From the NCBI GenBank assembly GCA_016875735.1, contig VGOW01000007.1:5844-69843 (forward strand): a stretch of 64,000 nucleotides of DNA, read 5' to 3'. The DNA is from Chloroflexota bacterium (GTDB taxonomy: Bacteria > Chloroflexota > Anaerolineae > Anaerolineales > VGOW01). The translations under genes and the position numbers were made by a program. The notes beneath the pieces are model-generated. The model made no database searches, had not been told where the DNA came from, and saw only the letters and a program-made list of their open reading frames with translations. Positions within the stretch are counted from its first letter, which is position 1, and each line of letters begins with the position of its first letter. Of this stretch, positions 61,448-64,000 are shown piece after piece.

Positions 61448-63361
61448 TCATGCCCCTGCCTTCTTTCGCTGAAACAGTCCTCTCCATCCCGGCGCGGCGG
61501 GCAGTGACGACCCCCGGTGATACACCCACCACTCGATGAGCAGTATTGCAAGCGCGGCGGCGGCCACGAAGGGCCACAGTTCGCGTTGGCCCACTTGATC
61601 GCGCACTGAGGCCGCCACTTGCGCCCGGCCCACCGTGAGCGTGGCGGCGGGCTGGATGTTGCTCTCGCGCGCGCTGAAAAGATTCACGGCGAAGAACCCG
61701 GCGAACTTTCCGCCCTCTTGCGCCGAGGCCGTGCCCACTCCGTAAATGCCGAGTTGAGTCGTGTCGGCAAACAACGCTCCAGCGTTCGTCACTCCGGCGG
61801 TGAACAATTGATCGTCGGGAGCGAAGATGCCCACCGCCTGTTCGCCCACCGCCGGCCGAATGGTGACCGAGTCCCCCGGATGAATGATGTCATCCGCCGA
61901 GATGACGGTGGAGGGCGTGAGCCATTCGATCAGATTCGACATCAGAATCGGGTAAGCGATTTGCAGGGGCAGATCGGAGTCGCGCAGATCAAAAGTGAAG
62001 ACGACGATGCGCCGCCGTTCGAGCGTGCCGTAAAAGATGAGCGGCTTGCCTTCGATGGAGGCAAGCGCGCGCGCCCATGCCGGAGTCTGTGCGTCCACTG
62101 CTTTGAGAATGTGCACATTGCTCAAGTCCACGAATTGCAGAAGCGGATCGTCTTCGGCAGTGGTCACGGCGCTGGCGAGGGCAGGCGCGAACTCGCCGTC
62201 GATGTTGAACAGTGCGTTGGGCGGCGGATTGAAGATGAGCAGTTCTTTGGCCGGCAGTTCGCTGGAGATCGCGCCGTCGTAAACGTAGAGATCGAACGGG
62301 TCGGAGGGCAGAGGCGAATCCACCGGAGCGCGATACGGCTCGATGCCGGGGAACGCGGCCAGCAACTGCTCGATGTAACGGTTGCCCTGATTCGAGAGGA
62401 AGAGCACGCGCCCCGACTGCGGCGGGTTGTACACAGCGAAGCCGCGATCGTCGGCGGGCAGGTAGTCGGTCGTCGTCACTCCGGCAGGCGGCGAGAGCAC
62501 GGCTTCAGCTCGCACCACGCCCTCGTAAGCGGTGAGAATCACGTTGGATGTTTTGCCCGGCGACACGGTGAGTTGTTGGGCGTTGAATAACTCGCCGTCG
62601 AGATTGAGGGTGAGGATCGTTTTGGCTTCGGCCTCGCCGTAGTTAGTGACACTAGCGAAGACTTGCGGGCCGCCGGGCCCGGGCCGAATCGAAAGGGCGC
62701 TCACTGCGAGGTTGGCCGACTCGGTTCCGATGGGCACGTACCGCACTTCGCCGGTGAGCGGCGGACTCTTTTCGGGGAGGCCGCCATCGGAAATGAGCAC
62801 GGTGGTGGAGTTGGCGACACTGCCATTGGCTCCGGCGGCGAGGGCAAAGGCCGCTTCCCAGTTGGCGATGCCCACACTCGGTTTAGCAGAATCAATGGCG
62901 GCGATCAGTTCGCGTTTGTCGCCGGAGGCCGAGGCGATCACGCCGGGCTGTTCGCTGACGAGAATGAGGGTCATCAAACTTTCGTCGGAGAGATCGTTGG
63001 CGAGGCCGCGCGCGATCTTCTTGGCTTCCTCGAAGCGCGAGGGTTGAACATCGGCGGCGTTCATTGAGGCCGAGGCGTCGAGCAAAACGGTAATCTGGCC
63101 GCTGGCGACGACAGGCACGGGGAGAAACGGGCGGGCGAGCGCGACAACGAGCAGTGCCAGCAGCAATAGTTGCAGAAGCAGAAGAATGTTGCGGCGCAGG
63201 CGCTGCCACGGCGCATTGGCTTCGCGGTCGCGCAGAACCATGCGCCACAACATCACCGACGACACTTCGGTTTCGCGCCGCCGCAACTTCAGCATGTACA
63301 GAATAATGATCGGAGCGGCGAGGGCCGAGAGGGAAAGGAAGAGAGGGGTGAGGAAACTCAT
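61448..63361 (-). CDS. BatA-like VWA-domain membrane protein
   Basis: MSFLTPLFLSLSALAAPIIILYMLKLRRRE (aerotolerance-regulator N-terminal double-TM motif) and VWA MIDAS VLLDASASM. Start ATG 63361 overlaps the upstream TGA (ATGA). Confidence 0.8.
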   Translation of the reverse strand: MSFLTPLFLSLSALAAPIIILYMLKLRRRETEVSSVMLWRMVLRDREANAPWQRLRRNILLLLQLLLLALLVVALARPFLPVPVVASGQITVLLDASASMNAADVQPSRFEEAKKIARGLANDLSDESLMTLILVSEQPGVIASASGDKRELIAAIDSAKPSVGIANWEAAFALAAGANGSVANSTTVLISDGGLPEKSPPLTGEVRYVPIGTESANLAVSALSIRPGPGGPQVFASVTNYGEAEAKTILTLNLDGELFNAQQLTVSPGKTSNVILTAYEGVVRAEAVLSPPAGVTTTDYLPADDRGFAVYNPPQSGRVLFLSNQGNRYIEQLLAAFPGIEPYRAPVDSPLPSDPFDLYVYDGAISSELPAKELLIFNPPPNALFNIDGEFAPALASAVTTAEDDPLLQFVDLSNVHILKAVDAQTPAWARALASIEGKPLIFYGTLERRRIVVFTFDLRDSDLPLQIAYPILMSNLIEWLTPSTVISADDIIHPGDSVTIRPAVGEQAVGIFAPDDQLFTAGVTNAGALFADTTQLGIYGVGTASAQEGGKFAGFFAVNLFSARESNIQPAATLTVGRAQVAASVRDQVGQRELWPFVAAAALAILLIEWWVYHRGSSLPAAPGWRGLFQRKKAGA

Positions 63362-64000
63362 TTCACAATCCCCATCCTTCTCATCTGATACAGCACGATC
63401 TGATCCCACTTCGTGTCGGTGGTGACGGGCACGTAGTGCGCGCCGCGCTTGAGGCAGTGGGCTTCGATCTCGTCGCGCCACGATTGCACGCGACGCTTGT
63501 ACAGGTCGCGCAGCGGCCCATCCACCGACACATCCTGCGGGTCGCCCGTCTCCACATCGAGCAATTGCAAGTCACCGGCCAGCGGCGGGTCTACTTCTTC
63601 GGGCGCGAGCACGTGAATGAGTCCCACTTCGTGCCCTTTGCTCTGCAGAGCCGAGAGTCCGGACTGGTATCCGGCGGGCGAAAAAAGATCGGTGATGACG
63701 AAAGCCAGCCCGGCGCGATGGGAGGCGATAACATAGTTGCGAAGGGCGCCGTCGAGATCGGTGAGGCCTTCGGGCTTGAGGTCGCCGAGAAACTTGAGCA
63801 TCCGCGCTGTGCCGCCGCGGCCGCGCGTGGGGCCGAATCGAGTGGTGGGCAGGCCGCCGCCGGTTATCGCCGTCACGGTGAGGCGATCTCCGGCGGCGAG
63901 GGCGATGTGCCCCAACGCGGCGGCGAGATGAACGGCGTACTGAAACTTGTTGCGCTGCTTCGCGGAGTCGGCGTCCCCGCTCATTGAGTCGGGAGGCCAA
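63358..64000 (-). CDS. DUF58 family protein (partial; N-terminus lies off the right edge)
   Basis: LAFVITDLFSPAGY...VGLIHVLAPEE is the typical DUF58 (vWA-like, MoxR-operon) C-terminal half. The frame stays open upstream of Met 63984 to the window edge. Confidence 0.8.
   Translation of the reverse strand, partial: WPPDSMSGDADSAKQRNKFQYAVHLAAALGHIALAAGDRLTVTAITGGGLPTTRFGPTRGRGGTARMLKFLGDLKPEGLTDLDGALRNYVIASHRAGLAFVITDLFSPAGYQSGLSALQSKGHEVGLIHVLAPEEVDPPLAGDLQLLDVETGDPQDVSVDGPLRDLYKRRVQSWRDEIEAHCLKRGAHYVPVTTDTKWDQIVLYQMRRMGIVK

Overview
High-GC bacterial chromosomal window; spot counts of single 60-nt lines give 42/60 GC at 13021..13080 and 32/60 at 16021..16080. Gene content and repeat style suggest a Chloroflexota (Anaerolineae-like) genome, which is inference only. 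I support about 60 protein genes, mostly housekeeping: plsY, a ccdA/tlpA/glutaredoxin-like thiol-redox set, pgeF-yggS-yggT-DUF167, obg-nadD, rpsT, ald, a peptide ABC transporter, two GAF-kinase/NarL pairs, and a DUF58/BatA/VWA operon. There is one ncRNA, RNase P RNA on the minus strand at ~28422..28818, which the ORF track covers with spurious ORFs. I found no tRNA, rRNA, CRISPR array, integrase or transposase. Main points worth a second look: (1) A DsbA-like oxidoreductase has an in-frame TGA exactly at the first Cys of its CxxC motif, followed by a hairpin, making it a candidate selenoprotein that is split into two ORFs in the track. (2) A six-gene operon in lower-GC DNA has the subunit logic of acetophenone carboxylase (two HyuA paralogues, a gamma Zn protein and HyuB) plus a URO-D-like protein and a PaaK-type CoA ligase. 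(3) A family of inverted repeats and tandem arrays built from degenerate 7-8 nt words sits at most of the cistron junctions examined and is inserted in-frame inside several CDSs. One long-range copy encloses a four-helix-bundle (23S-IVS-type) protein gene inside the ABC operon. Smaller items are a motor-only FtsK-like ATPase with a separately encoded membrane partner, a PepSY-like/C39-like gene pair, a TM-NACHT-HEAT protein beside vapBC, and a leaderless promoter in front of a frameshifted small DMT gene. Many long ORFs in the track are alternate-frame or antisense artefacts of the high GC content.
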